Source: an uncultured Verrucomicrobiae bacterium
Lineage (GTDB): Bacteria; Verrucomicrobiota; Verrucomicrobiia; Limisphaerales; Palsa-1400
Direction: 5' to 3'
Assembly (NCBI GenBank): GCA_963707025.1
Contig: CAVPOM010000006.1
Span: 766,094-830,093 of the forward strand
DNA length: 64,000 nucleotides
This document shows, piece by piece, positions 11,600-21,913 of the stretch. The notes beneath the pieces were generated by a model. The model searched no databases, was not told the DNA's origin, and saw nothing but the letters and a program-made list of their open reading frames with translations. The number at the start of each line of letters is the position of its first letter. Position 1 is the first letter of the stretch. The position numbers were made by a program, and so were the translations under genes.

Positions 11600-12160
11600 T
11601 TGAGCGAATTTACCCAGATTCTTGAGTCTGTTGAGCGCGGCGATCCCAAGGCCGCAGATGAACTGCTGCCGCTGGTTTATGGAGAACTGCGCAAGCTGGC
11701 GGCGTCGAAAATGGCCAATGAAGCGCCCAATCAGACTTTGCAGCCCACGGCGCTGGTGCATGAAGTCTGGCTGCGGTTGGTGGGCAGCACGAATCCCAAC
11801 TTCTCTGGCCGGGCTCATTTCTTCGGCGCCGCCGCCGAAGCCATGCGCCGCATTCTCATTGAGAAGGCCCGGCGCAAGCGCGCCCAACGGCATGGCGGGG
11901 ACCAGCAACGCGTGGACCTTGAAAGTATTGAAGTGGCAGGGCCCGGTGACGACGACCAACTCCTCGCAGTAAACGACGCGCTCGACAAGCTCGCCGCCAC
12001 CCACGCCCTCCAGGCCGAGGTGGTCAAGCTGCGCTATTTTGTGGGCATGACCAACCTTGAAGTCGCCCAGACCCTGGGTCTGTCCGAGCGCACCGTCAAG
12101 AATTACTGGACCCACGCCCGCGCCTGGCTCTTCCGCGAGATGCAAGCGCAACGGCCTTGA
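11600..12160 (+). CDS. ECF sigma factor, TIGR02999-type (kinase-associated)
   Basis: LLPLVYGELRKLA, QTLQPTALVHE, HFFGAAAEAMRRIL and WTHARAWL motifs. Confidence 0.93.
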   Translation: MSEFTQILESVERGDPKAADELLPLVYGELRKLAASKMANEAPNQTLQPTALVHEVWLRLVGSTNPNFSGRAHFFGAAAEAMRRILIEKARRKRAQRHGGDQQRVDLESIEVAGPGDDDQLLAVNDALDKLAATHALQAEVVKLRYFVGMTNLEVAQTLGLSERTVKNYWTHARAWLFREMQAQRP

Positions 12161-12275
12161 CCCGGCTTGCCGCGGATCCCCGGAACCATGAAAAATCCGC
12201 CGGGCTTAACAGGGCCTTGCTGATTTCCGACGGTTTACGGAGATTTGGATGCGTCTGCCCCGCCGGGGAGAAGGA

Positions 12276-12911
12276 TCATGGGGCCAGACGGGCGACGTTC
12301 CACGAGCCATCGGGCTGGCGGGTGTAGAGAAAGCGGTCGTGCAAACGGCTGGGCCGGCCCTGCCAGAACTCGATTTCCCGGGGCACGACGCGGTAGCCGC
12401 CCCAAAATGAGGGAAGGGGCACCTGGCCCTGGCCGAATTTGCGCTTCATTTCCTCCCATTTCTGCTCCAGCAGGGAGCGGGTGGTAATGATGGAGCTTTG
12501 CGACGACACCCAGGCGCCCAGTTGGCTGCCGCGCGGGCGGGTGATGAAATAGGCCAGGGTTTCGGCCGTGGAAACCTTCTCCGCCGAGCCGCAGATGATG
12601 ACCTGGCGTTCCAGAGCCAGCCAGGGAAAGAGCAGGGAGACGTTGGGATTGTCCGCCATCTGACGGGCCTTGCGGCTCTGGAAATTAGTGTAAAAAACGA
12701 AGCCGCGCTCATCATAACTTTTCAGCAGGACGGTGCGGACCAATGGACGCTGATCGGCCCCCGTCGTGGCCAGGCTCATGGCGTTTGGCTCGACGACTTT
12801 GGCGTCCATCGCCTGCTGGAACCAAAGGGCAAACTGGTCCAGCGGACTTGGCTTGAGCTGGGCGCGGGCCAATTCACCGCGCGTGTATTCCGAGCGGATT
12901 TCTATGTTCAT
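12276..12911 (-). CDS. pdxH: Pyridoxamine 5'-phosphate oxidase
   Basis: EPNAMSLAT, RTVLLK, FYTNFQSRK, WGGYRV and EFWQGRPSRLHDR motifs. Confidence 0.95.
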   Translation of the reverse strand: MNIEIRSEYTRGELARAQLKPSPLDQFALWFQQAMDAKVVEPNAMSLATTGADQRPLVRTVLLKSYDERGFVFYTNFQSRKARQMADNPNVSLLFPWLALERQVIICGSAEKVSTAETLAYFITRPRGSQLGAWVSSQSSIITTRSLLEQKWEEMKRKFGQGQVPLPSFWGGYRVVPREIEFWQGRPSRLHDRFLYTRQPDGSWNVARLAP

Positions 12912-13010
12912 GGCCTGGTCAATGATTCCGGCATGCGCCACGAGCGTTGCCCCGGGCCGTGAAAATGTCAAAAGGCAAAACGAATCAGGCCGGGCGGGAC
13001 GCAGCAGCCG

Positions 13011-15587
13011 TCATGGGCGCAGAAGCTGTCGGCCGGGAGAGGTGGAATTGGCCTGGGACTGATTTCCAGCGTCACCCGGCCCCCATTTGGCCAGGGGCGG
13101 CAGCGGCGGCAGTTGCGTGCTGAAGCCGTGCTCGACCAGGAAAGGCTTGCTGGACAGGGTGAGAGAGGCCGGCCGCAAAGTGCCGCAGCGCGCACGCACC
13201 GTGACGGCCCCGGCCACCAAGGTGGACCGCACGGCGACGCGGTTGATGCCGCACTCCACATCCAGAAAGGAATTGTTGATGGAGTTGGTTTTGCCGCTGT
13301 TGTAGCCGCCCCGCCAGACGCCGGGCCCGGCGAGGTCAAAATCCACCCGCTCCTGAAAGGTCGGACAACGTTGCCCGCCGGCATCCACCACTTCCACGTC
13401 AATGAGCGCCACGTCCGATCCGTCGGCCTGGAAACCCAGCGGGCCGAGCAGGGGAGTCAAGCGCAGCGCCACGGGCGCGCCCGCCGTCCGCTTGGTTTCG
13501 GAGGCGGCGGGTTGGCGGTTGCGGTAAGCCACTGCTTTGATTTCACCCGCCTCCCAAGTCACGTCCGGAAAGGTGAAAAGGCAGCGCTCGGAAACCTGGC
13601 CGGGGCCGAGCGACCTGCCGTTGAGGAGTAGTTCAACCGACTCGCAGTTGGAGGTGACATAAACCGGTTTTTTCGTGCCGGCCGGGTAATTCCAGTGGCC
13701 GATGATATGGACCTGGGGATCATCCCGGAAGAGGGTGCGGCAAACATAATAGGCCTCCTTGGGCAGCCGCACACCGTCCACTTCGCCGCTGGCGCGCGCC
13801 ACTTCGCAGCCCACCCGGCCGCCGCTGGTGGAATCGGAAAAGATCCAGTTGGCCCCGCCGCAGTGATTGGAGGCGCCCACCTTCTCCATATACTGCGCGA
13901 CCTGGTTGACGGCGTATTGCTCGGAGGTCAATTGATAAGTCTGATCCCTGGCTTCCGGATAGCCGAAATGGGGCGGCGAAAAATCGTCCCACACCCGGCG
14001 CGGCGATTCCTCCCGGTCATACTCCCCCTCCACCACCGGCAAGGCGCGCACTTGCCGCTCGCCCTCGGTGCCGATGTCCACGTTCATAAACTGGCCGGTG
14101 ACTTGATCGGCCCGGCGGTGGGCGTAAGCCCGGCCGCCGTGCGGGTCAAACAAATCCATGGTCGCGCGCAATTCGGCGGCGTGGTCGCGCGTGACTTTTT
14201 GGTTGCCTCCTTCCCAAATGATGATGGAAGGATGGTTGCGGTAGTACACAATCATGTCGCGGAAGGCCGAGGCGCGCAGTTTCCAGGCCTCCCCTTTGGC
14301 GTCGCCCTCGCCGTCCAGGCCGGGTTGATCCACCAGCAGCCCCAGTTGGTCGGCGCCGGTGATCTCCACTGGCGCGCCCGCGCAATGCCCCCAGCGGAGA
14401 AAATTGCCCCCCGCCTCCTTCATCAGGCCCAGGGTGAAATAATGCATCCAGTCCGGCTGGGCCGCGCCCAAGCCCGGCCACTCATCGGTGGGCCGTTGTC
14501 CCCAGCCGTGCAGTTTGAGGTGATGTCCGTTAATGTAAAATCCGGTGTCCAAATCCCACCGCACGCTGCGGATGCCGAAGGGCACTTCCGCAGTATCCGT
14601 CTGCTGCCCCCGCGCCGCCAGGGTGCAGAGGGCCGTGTATAAACTGGGATGCTCCGGCTCCCACAGGCGCGGGCCTTTGAGCGGCCCGGAGACCAGGAAC
14701 ATCTCCTGGGCTCCGGCGGCGATCTTTTGCCGGCCTGTCAGGGAGAGCACCGTTTTGCGGTCGCGGTCGAAAACGACCACGCGCAAGTCCACGGTTTCCG
14801 CGGACAGGCGGTCGTTTTGGACGGGCACTTCCAAATGAACCGTGGCGGACTTGTCGGCCACCTCGGTGCAATAGACATAGGGCCCGGCCGTGCCCAGGCT
14901 GCTGTAAAGCGGCAGGCTGATGTGCAGCGGATCGGTCACATGCAGGAAGACGTTGCGGTAAATGCCCCCGTGCGCCGGATGCCAATGCGGACTGTTCCAC
15001 GGCAGCTCGGTCGCCGCGATTTTCGCCATGTCCGTCTCCAGGGTGAAGCGGTTGTCCGCCATGACCGCCAGCACATTGGAGCCTCCGCCGAAGAGCAGCT
15101 TGCCGGTCAGATCAAAGCCAAAGGGGAGAAAGCCGGTTTTGTTGGTGCCGAGCGGCTGGCCGTTCAAATAGACCTCGGCCACCTGGCGCACCGCCTCGAA
15201 TTCCAAAATGATTTTCCTGTCCCGGTACGAATCGGGCAGGGTGAACGATTTGCGGTACCAGGTTCGCCCCGCCCATTGGTTGGTCTCGCCAATATGACCT
15301 GGCACCGACCGATGATCAAAAGTATCCACGTCGTTGAAGGTGTGGGGCGCGGAAACGCCGGCCCAATCCTGATCGTTGAATCCGGGTTCAAAAGCTCCGG
15401 GCGGGTCGGCCTTGATGAATTTCCAGCCGGGGTTGAAATTTAATTTCACCCGGTCTCCCGGCGCCGCCCGCGCGGGAAAAGGGGCGATGGCCAGCCAGCA
15501 CAGCGCCAGGGCGCAAAGCGTCCACCAGCATGTCCGGCCAAACAGATGGCAGTCTTCGTTCACGGTTCGGATTGGAAGTCGTCCCAT
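13011..15587 (-). CDS. Glycoside hydrolase family 2 (beta-galactosidase-like), secreted
   Basis: Signal peptide, WYRKSF, LEFEAV, GGIYRNV, FGIRSV and RNHPSIIIWEGGN motifs. Confidence 0.88.
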   Translation of the reverse strand: MGRLPIRTVNEDCHLFGRTCWWTLCALALCWLAIAPFPARAAPGDRVKLNFNPGWKFIKADPPGAFEPGFNDQDWAGVSAPHTFNDVDTFDHRSVPGHIGETNQWAGRTWYRKSFTLPDSYRDRKIILEFEAVRQVAEVYLNGQPLGTNKTGFLPFGFDLTGKLLFGGGSNVLAVMADNRFTLETDMAKIAATELPWNSPHWHPAHGGIYRNVFLHVTDPLHISLPLYSSLGTAGPYVYCTEVADKSATVHLEVPVQNDRLSAETVDLRVVVFDRDRKTVLSLTGRQKIAAGAQEMFLVSGPLKGPRLWEPEHPSLYTALCTLAARGQQTDTAEVPFGIRSVRWDLDTGFYINGHHLKLHGWGQRPTDEWPGLGAAQPDWMHYFTLGLMKEAGGNFLRWGHCAGAPVEITGADQLGLLVDQPGLDGEGDAKGEAWKLRASAFRDMIVYYRNHPSIIIWEGGNQKVTRDHAAELRATMDLFDPHGGRAYAHRRADQVTGQFMNVDIGTEGERQVRALPVVEGEYDREESPRRVWDDFSPPHFGYPEARDQTYQLTSEQYAVNQVAQYMEKVGASNHCGGANWIFSDSTSGGRVGCEVARASGEVDGVRLPKEAYYVCRTLFRDDPQVHIIGHWNYPAGTKKPVYVTSNCESVELLLNGRSLGPGQVSERCLFTFPDVTWEAGEIKAVAYRNRQPAASETKRTAGAPVALRLTPLLGPLGFQADGSDVALIDVEVVDAGGQRCPTFQERVDFDLAGPGVWRGGYNSGKTNSINNSFLDVECGINRVAVRSTLVAGAVTVRARCGTLRPASLTLSSKPFLVEHGFSTQLPPLPPLAKWGPGDAGNQSQANSTSPGRQLLRP

Positions 15588-15757
15588 CCGGCTTATCCTC
15601 TCTGAAGGCGCGGCCGAACGCCATTGAACATTCGTTCAATCCCATAAACTGGTGAGCCAAGGCAAGGGCAGGGGAGTGAGGGCCCAGGGAATGGGAAGAA
15701 GGTTTTTCAGGAGGATTCCTCTGAGCAGGATCCGTTGAGGTCACTTTCAGGCCCCGC

Positions 15758-15786
15758 TTGACGCCAGGCCGGGTTGGCCGCATGAT
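15758..15786 (+). promoter_or_regulatory. sigma70-type promoter of apgM
   Basis: TTGACG-N17-CATGAT. Confidence 0.5.
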
Positions 15787-15819
15787 GTGACGGCCGGGTA
15801 ATTTCCACTATCCATTATT

Positions 15820-17043
15820 ATGAGCCTCGACAATCTTTATGCAAAATTGACAGTCAAGACCAAAGCCAAAATCGTCCTGGTGGTCCTGGATGGGTTGGGC
15901 GATCTGGCGACGGCGGAACAGGGTTTTCTCACCCCGCTGGAAGCGGCGCGCACGCCGAACCTGGATCCCCTGGCCCGGCTGGGAGCGCAAGGGCGCATGA
16001 TCCCGGTGGCGCCGGGCATCACCCCGGGCAGCGGGCCGGGGCATCTGGGGTTGTTCGGTTATGATCCCCTGGAATATGAAGTGGGGCGCGGCGTCATTGA
16101 GGCGCTGGGACTGGGGCTGGAGTTGAAGGCGGGCGATATCGCCGCCCGCGCCAATTTTTGTACGCTGGACGAAAAAGGGATCGTGAGCGACCGCCGCGCC
16201 GGACGGATTGAAACCAAAGTCACCGAGGAACTGTGCGCGCGGCTGTCGCGCAAGGTCAAAAAAATCGGCGACGCCCAGGTCATCATCCAGCCGGGCAAGG
16301 GGCATCGCTTCGTGGTCATCTGGCGCGGGCCGGGCTTGGAAGGTCCGCTGACGGACGCGGACCCGAACCGGGAAGGAGCGCCCGTGCCGGTGGCCAGGGC
16401 GGTGGATCCCCAATCGGCCAGGCAACGGAAGACGGCGGAACTGGTGGCGGAATTCTATAAAGCGGTCTTGCCGGTGCTGGCGGGACAGCATCCGGCCAAC
16501 GGTTTTTTGTTGCGCGGCATTGCCCATCGGCCGGCCATCCCGCTCTTTGAGGAGCGCTATCGCCTCAAGCCGGCCTGCCTGGCGGTTTATCCCATGTACA
16601 AGGGGCTGGCCCAACTGGTGGGCATGACCAAGATCGAAGGACCGCAAACCATCGCCGAACAATTCCAGCGCTACCTGGCTGAATACGACCATTACGACTA
16701 TTTTTTCATCCACTACAAGTACACGGACATGTACGGGGAGGACGGCAATTTTGCCGCGAAGAAAAAAGCGATCGAGGAATTCGACGCGGCCCTGCCGGTG
16801 CTCCTGCAAAAGCGGCCCGAGGTTTTGGTCATCACCGGCGATCATTCCACCCCGTGCGCGCTCAAGGGCCACTCCTGGCATCCCCAGCCGGTCCTGCTCG
16901 TCTCGCCGCGCTCCGGTTCGGACAAGCTGGAGCGGTTTACCGAAACGGGCGCGAACCAGGGCTCGCTGGGCGTATTCGAGGCCAAGTATCTCATTCGCCT
17001 CATGCAAGCCAACGCGCTGATGTTTGACAAATTTGGCGCGTGA
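15820..17043 (+). CDS. apgM: 2,3-bisphosphoglycerate-independent phosphoglycerate mutase, ApgM type
   Basis: LDGLGD, TPLEAARTPNLD, PGSGPGHLGLFGYDP, DRRAGRI and TGDHSTP motifs. Confidence 0.92.
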   Translation: MSLDNLYAKLTVKTKAKIVLVVLDGLGDLATAEQGFLTPLEAARTPNLDPLARLGAQGRMIPVAPGITPGSGPGHLGLFGYDPLEYEVGRGVIEALGLGLELKAGDIAARANFCTLDEKGIVSDRRAGRIETKVTEELCARLSRKVKKIGDAQVIIQPGKGHRFVVIWRGPGLEGPLTDADPNREGAPVPVARAVDPQSARQRKTAELVAEFYKAVLPVLAGQHPANGFLLRGIAHRPAIPLFEERYRLKPACLAVYPMYKGLAQLVGMTKIEGPQTIAEQFQRYLAEYDHYDYFFIHYKYTDMYGEDGNFAAKKKAIEEFDAALPVLLQKRPEVLVITGDHSTPCALKGHSWHPQPVLLVSPRSGSDKLERFTETGANQGSLGVFEAKYLIRLMQANALMFDKFGA

Positions 17044-18332
17044 GTCTGCCCGCCCCGCCAGACCCGGAGACCAGCCCTTACGCGGTCCTGCGCAACCGCG
17101 ATTTTCTTTTTTACGCGGTGGGGCGCTTCATCGCCTCCTTCGGGCAGCAGATGCTCACCGTGGCCGTCGGCTGGGAGCTCTACGAGCGGACCCACTCGGC
17201 GCTGGCCCTGGGATTCACGGGGCTGACGCAATTTCTGCCCATGGTGGCCATGACGCTGCCGGCCGGGCACTTCGCCGACACGCGCAGCCGCAAAGGAATC
17301 ATCATGGTGGCGCAAGGGGCGATGGCGGCGGCTTCGCTGGGACTGGCGCTGATTTCGTGGCGGCAGGCGCCCGTTTCCCTGGTCTATCTTTGCCTGCTGC
17401 TTTCCGGCGTGGCGCGCACTTTTCACTGGTCGGCCAGCGCGTCGTTTTTGCCGCTGTTGGTTTCGCGCGAGGAATTTCCCCGCGCCTTGAACTGGTCGTC
17501 CAGCACCTTTCAATTCTCGGCCGTGACCGGTCCGGCGGTGGGCGGCCTGCTCATCGGCTGGCTGGACAGCGCGCTGGTCGTCTATCTGTTCAATGCCGTG
17601 GCGGCACTGGTTTGCCTGATGCTGATCGCCTGCGTGCGGGCCCATCACAAGCCGGTGGTGAAGGAAACACCTTCCCTGAAGGCGCTGCTGGGCGGGTTCG
17701 ATTTTGTGTTCAAGCACCGCATCATTCTGGGGATGATCAGCCTGGACCTTTTTGCGGTTTTGTTCGGCGGGGCGGACATGCTGCTGCCGATTTACGCGAA
17801 GGATATTTTGCACGTCGGCCCGCGCGGACTGGGATGGCTGCGGGCGGCGCTGCCGGCCGGATCGCTGCTTTGCGCGCTGATCGTGGCCCATCTTCCGATC
17901 TTCACCAGGGCTGGGCGCGCCCTGGTTTGGGCGGTGGTGGTGTTCGGCCTGGCCACCATCGGTTTTGGCCTCTCCCGCTTGTTCTGGCTCTCGCTGGCGA
18001 TGCTCTTCATCTGCGGCATGGCCGACACCATCAGCATCCTGGTGCGCCACACTTCGGTGCAATTGCTCACGCCGGACGAGATGCGGGGCCGGGTCTCGTC
18101 AGTCAACAATCTGTTCATCAGCACCTCCAACGACTTGGGCGGGTTTGAGTCCGGTTCGGTCAGCTATTTCTTTGGCCCGGTTTTTTCCGTGGTCTTCGGC
18201 GGCCTGGCCTCCATCGTGGTGGTGGCGGTGGTGTGCTGGCTGCTCCCAGAAATCCCGCGTTACGGCAGGCTGGTGCAACCGGCCCCGCCGTCCCTTCCGG
18301 GTGCGGACGGGCCGGGGGCGAACACGGCTTAA
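17040..18332 (+). CDS. MFS transporter (EntS/MFS_3-like)
   Basis: 12-TM pattern with DLFAVLFGG and TPDEMRGRVSSVN; GTGA overlap with apgM. Confidence 0.88.
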   Translation: MSLPAPPDPETSPYAVLRNRDFLFYAVGRFIASFGQQMLTVAVGWELYERTHSALALGFTGLTQFLPMVAMTLPAGHFADTRSRKGIIMVAQGAMAAASLGLALISWRQAPVSLVYLCLLLSGVARTFHWSASASFLPLLVSREEFPRALNWSSSTFQFSAVTGPAVGGLLIGWLDSALVVYLFNAVAALVCLMLIACVRAHHKPVVKETPSLKALLGGFDFVFKHRIILGMISLDLFAVLFGGADMLLPIYAKDILHVGPRGLGWLRAALPAGSLLCALIVAHLPIFTRAGRALVWAVVVFGLATIGFGLSRLFWLSLAMLFICGMADTISILVRHTSVQLLTPDEMRGRVSSVNNLFISTSNDLGGFESGSVSYFFGPVFSVVFGGLASIVVVAVVCWLLPEIPRYGRLVQPAPPSLPGADGPGANTA

Positions 18333-18355
18333 AAGTGAGAGTGGAACAACCCGGA

Positions 18356-18718
18356 TCAAGCGCCCGCCGCTCCCGCCGCGCCGGCGGAGGCGTCGCCTCC
18401 CGACGATCTCCGGGCGGCCATGGCCGCGAAGGCAGCCGTGGCGGGTGCGGGCGGCCCCCCGGGCAGGCAGATGGAGGCAATTCCGTAACCATATCCTTTG
18501 AGTTCATTGCGCCAGAGGATTTGGCCCGAAAACAAATCAAGGCAGTGAAATTGCCCATGAGCGCAAGCGAAAACGCGGCGGTCATCGCAACTGAGCGTGA
18601 CAAACCCGTCTCCCAGCCCGCCCGGAAGCTCGGTTGTCCAAACCATCTGACCGTCGTTCCTGCCCGGGGCGGCGACGCGATTTTTAAGGCCGAGGAATAC
18701 GAAGTCACTGGCATTCAT
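18356..18718 (-). CDS. Small PQQ-like beta-propeller repeat protein
   Basis: GQMVWTTEL and CLDLFSGQILWRNEL repeats; Ala-rich tail. Confidence 0.7.
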   Translation of the reverse strand: MNASDFVFLGLKNRVAAPGRNDGQMVWTTELPGGLGDGFVTLSCDDRRVFACAHGQFHCLDLFSGQILWRNELKGYGYGIASICLPGGPPAPATAAFAAMAARRSSGGDASAGAAGAAGA

Positions 18719-18740
18719 AACGGCGCCTTGGAGCGAATTG

Positions 18741-21036
18741 CTATGGCTTGGACTTGATGATCACCGTGGTCGAGTTGGTGTCGTTGAGATGGTAGTTCTC
18801 AGGCTGGTTGGTGCCTCTGAGATTGAATTCATCGGAATGGCGGATTACCGGATGGCCGGTTTTTTTGGCTTTTTCGGCATCGTCCTTTTCTTGTTTTGTG
18901 AGGGCTTTGGCGGCCTCGTCGTTGCGCTGGTCTTCATCCCGGCGAATTTCCATCTCCGCCTGTTTGACGGCGGCCATTTTATCCCGTTGTTGGGTGGCAG
19001 CCAGGGCGGCCTCCCGCGGGTCGTTGAGGACGGTGGGCCGCATCAGGACAATCAGCTCGGTGCGGGTGTTTTGCGCGGAGGAGCTTTTAAACAAGTTGCC
19101 GAGCACCGGAATATTCATCAACCAGGGCACGCCGGAGTGGTCCAGGGAGCGGCTGGCGCTGATGAAGCCGCCCAGGATGATGGTTTCCCCGCTCATGACC
19201 TCGACCTTGGCGCCGGCATCGCGTTTGGTGGTGGTGGGAACGTTGCCCGCGCCGGGGATGGCCACGCTGGGCCCCAATTGCTCGATTTCCTGGTCAATGT
19301 CCATGACGACCAGCCCATCCGGGTTGATGAGGGGCAGAACGCGCAGGCGGATGCCGACTTCCATTTGCTGGTAATTAACACTGGGGCCGGAGGAATAGCC
19401 GTAGTTCATGGTGCCGGTGACGTAGGGGACGGTGTTGCCGATGAACAGTTCGGCCTCGACGGCGTGGCAGGTTTGAATCTGCGGGCGGGACAGGACGCTG
19501 ATGCGGCTGTCGCTGGCCACCGCTTCCAGGACGGCGTTGAAGTCGTTGCCATATTTGGCGAAATAACTGAATCCGCCGGGCAAGCTGGGCAGGATGGAGC
19601 TGGCCACGCCCGAGGCCGCGCCATTGGTGCTGGTTGACGTTCCGCTCAAAAACGTAGTGGCGCCTGAACTCAAATTCTGCGAGCCCCCGCGCCGGTGAAT
19701 TGACCGCGGGTGGACTGGTTCTGGAGAAGGCTGAAGTTGAAGTTCTTGCCATCGGTCAGGTTGACTTCCAAGATGATCGCCTCGATGAGGACCTGGGCCA
19801 GAACGACATCCAGTTGCTTAACGATTTTTTTGATCATTTTCATGTCCTCGTCGTTGGCGAAGACGAGCAGGGAATTGGTCCGCTCATCGGCGATGATCTT
19901 GGTCTGGCCGAAGAGGGAAAAACTGCCCGCGCCGCCGGCGGCGCCGTTGACGATGCTGCCCAGCCTGCCGGCAAAATTACTGGGCCGTCCGCCCGCGCCA
20001 CCGCTCAAGCCTGTCTGCGCGGCCTGGCCATAGGCACCCCCTCCCGGCGACATGCCGCCGCCCGTGCCCATGCCCGTGCCGGTGGTGCCGGAGCTGGGTT
20101 TGAAATTCGCCCCGGTCGAGCTGCGGCCCACCGCGCCGCCGCCCTGCGCACCCAACTGGCTCAGGGCGGCGGAAATGTCCTCGGCCAGCGCGTAGCGGAT
20201 GGGGATGACTTCGGATTTGATGGTGAGCGAGGATTCCACGTCCAGTTTCTCCACCATTTCCAGCATGCGCTTGACGTTTTCCGTGTAGTCGCGCAGAATG
20301 AGGCTGGCCGTGCTCGGTATGTAAATGACGCTGGCGGGCGATTTGGCAAACAAACTCAGCGCCCGCACCACCTGGTCGGGGTCGGCGTACTTCAATTGCA
20401 CGATCTCCGTGATGAACTTTCCAAACTCGGGCAACTTGGCGGCCGGGAGGCTGTAAGCCAGGCCGGCGGCCGCGGCCGCGTTGGCGTCGGTGACCACTTT
20501 GAAAAACTTGTCGCCGATGGGGACGACGGTAATGCCGTTCATGCCCATCACGGTTTCCAGCGCCATGATCGCTTCGGACTTGGTCAGGTCGGACTGGGTC
20601 TTGAGGGTCAAAAGCGCGCCTTTGTCAACGGCCAGGCCTCCCGCGGCCGCGCGAAGCGGGGTGCGCCCGATCAGAGGCGCGTAAATCTCGTCGAGCACCT
20701 GTTCGAAGGGCATGGTGAAATTGTAATGGATATCCGCCGGTTCGGGGGGAGCGGCGGGAGCGGGATTGGGCGGCGGCGCCAACGCTTGGGGAGGCAGGGT
20801 TGGGAGGCCGGCAGCATTGGGGGGGGCCGCGGTGGCGGAGGAATCGGGATTGGCCCCCGGCGCCGGGGGCGCGGGCGGGGCGGCGTTATTGGCGGAGGGC
20901 GACAGTCTGGCGGGGCGGGACTGGATGGGCCTTCCGGCCTGCGGCGGACCCAGCCCGGGGGGGCATTGGTTTGCGCGGCGGCCACCAGGGGCAGGGCCGT
21001 GAGCAAGGATAATGAGAAAACGTTTTTGAGTTTCAT
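18741..21036 (-). CDS. gspD: Type II secretion secretin (frameshifts near 19670 and 20800-20960)
   Basis: Signal peptide, Pro-rich N-terminus, and IIADERTNSLLV, QVLIEAIILEV, GETIILGG, GVPWLMNIPVLGNLF and RTELIVLMRP motifs. Confidence 0.9.
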
Positions 21037-21076
21037 AATGTTTTCATGGGTGCATTCGCATCGGCGCGGGTTTCTA

Positions 21077-21913
21077 CTAGTCAACTTCCTTTCCCTGGAC
21101 CGGCGTTCGCGGAGTCCGGCCTGGCACGGGCGGCCCGGCGGATCGGGCTGGCGCAGTCGGCCCGGGCGATCGGGCTGGCACAGGCGGGTTGGTGGGCGGG
21201 GCCAGCGTTTTTTTCGCCGGCGCCCGATTGACATTGGTGGCAGCGGAGGTCGGGCCGGTTCTTTGGGGGACGGACGTTGGAGCCTGGGCGGCGATCTTGG
21301 CGGGAGCGGCCGGTTTGAGCGGGGCTGCATTGGTCGCGACGTTTTTCTGGTAGTCAGCGGTCAAGGTGATGGAGGCGCTGAGTTTATAGCGTTGGGCGAG
21401 GTCCAATGGGTTCAAGGTCAGTTCCCAAACACGAATCATGGCGGGATCATTGCCCACATCGTAGAGGAATTTCACCAAGGCGTCCTCCGTGGCCTGGACG
21501 GCGATTCTGACGGATTGGCGCGCAAAGAATTGATCGGACTGGCTGGACGGCCCAAGAAGCTGAGGGGCGACGTTGTTGATGGTTTGGATAAAAATGCCGT
21601 TGGCCCTGGCCTGGGCCGTCACGGTCTGCTCCAATTGGATTTCCTTGAACGAGACGGCGCCTTCCGGCTGCTTGGACAGATCGCGCAGGATCTTTTTATA
21701 GCCGTCCACCTCATTGGTGTCCTTGAAGATGACGGCGTTGTTCGTGGCGATCTTCGCGCGTGTGGCCGCCAGCTCTTTTTGTAGCTTTCCGTAATCCTGG
21801 AAGTGGGGAACCACCAGCAAAAGATTCAGGACCACGAAGACCACCACGGCAATGGCGACCAGGATCCGCTTTTCCTGCGGGCGCAAATTCATGCTGTCGG
21901 ACATGGCGCTCAT
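21077..21913 (-). CDS. GspM/PilO-like bitopic protein
   Basis: N-terminal TM, coiled coil, LVKFLY..IRV.EL; ATGA-coupled within the operon. Confidence 0.65.
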   Translation of the reverse strand: MSAMSDSMNLRPQEKRILVAIAVVVFVVLNLLLVVPHFQDYGKLQKELAATRAKIATNNAVIFKDTNEVDGYKKILRDLSKQPEGAVSFKEIQLEQTVTAQARANGIFIQTINNVAPQLLGPSSQSDQFFARQSVRIAVQATEDALVKFLYDVGNDPAMIRVWELTLNPLDLAQRYKLSASITLTADYQKNVATNAAPLKPAAPAKIAAQAPTSVPQRTGPTSAATNVNRAPAKKTLAPPTNPPVPARSPGPTAPARSAGPPVPGRTPRTPVQGKEVD

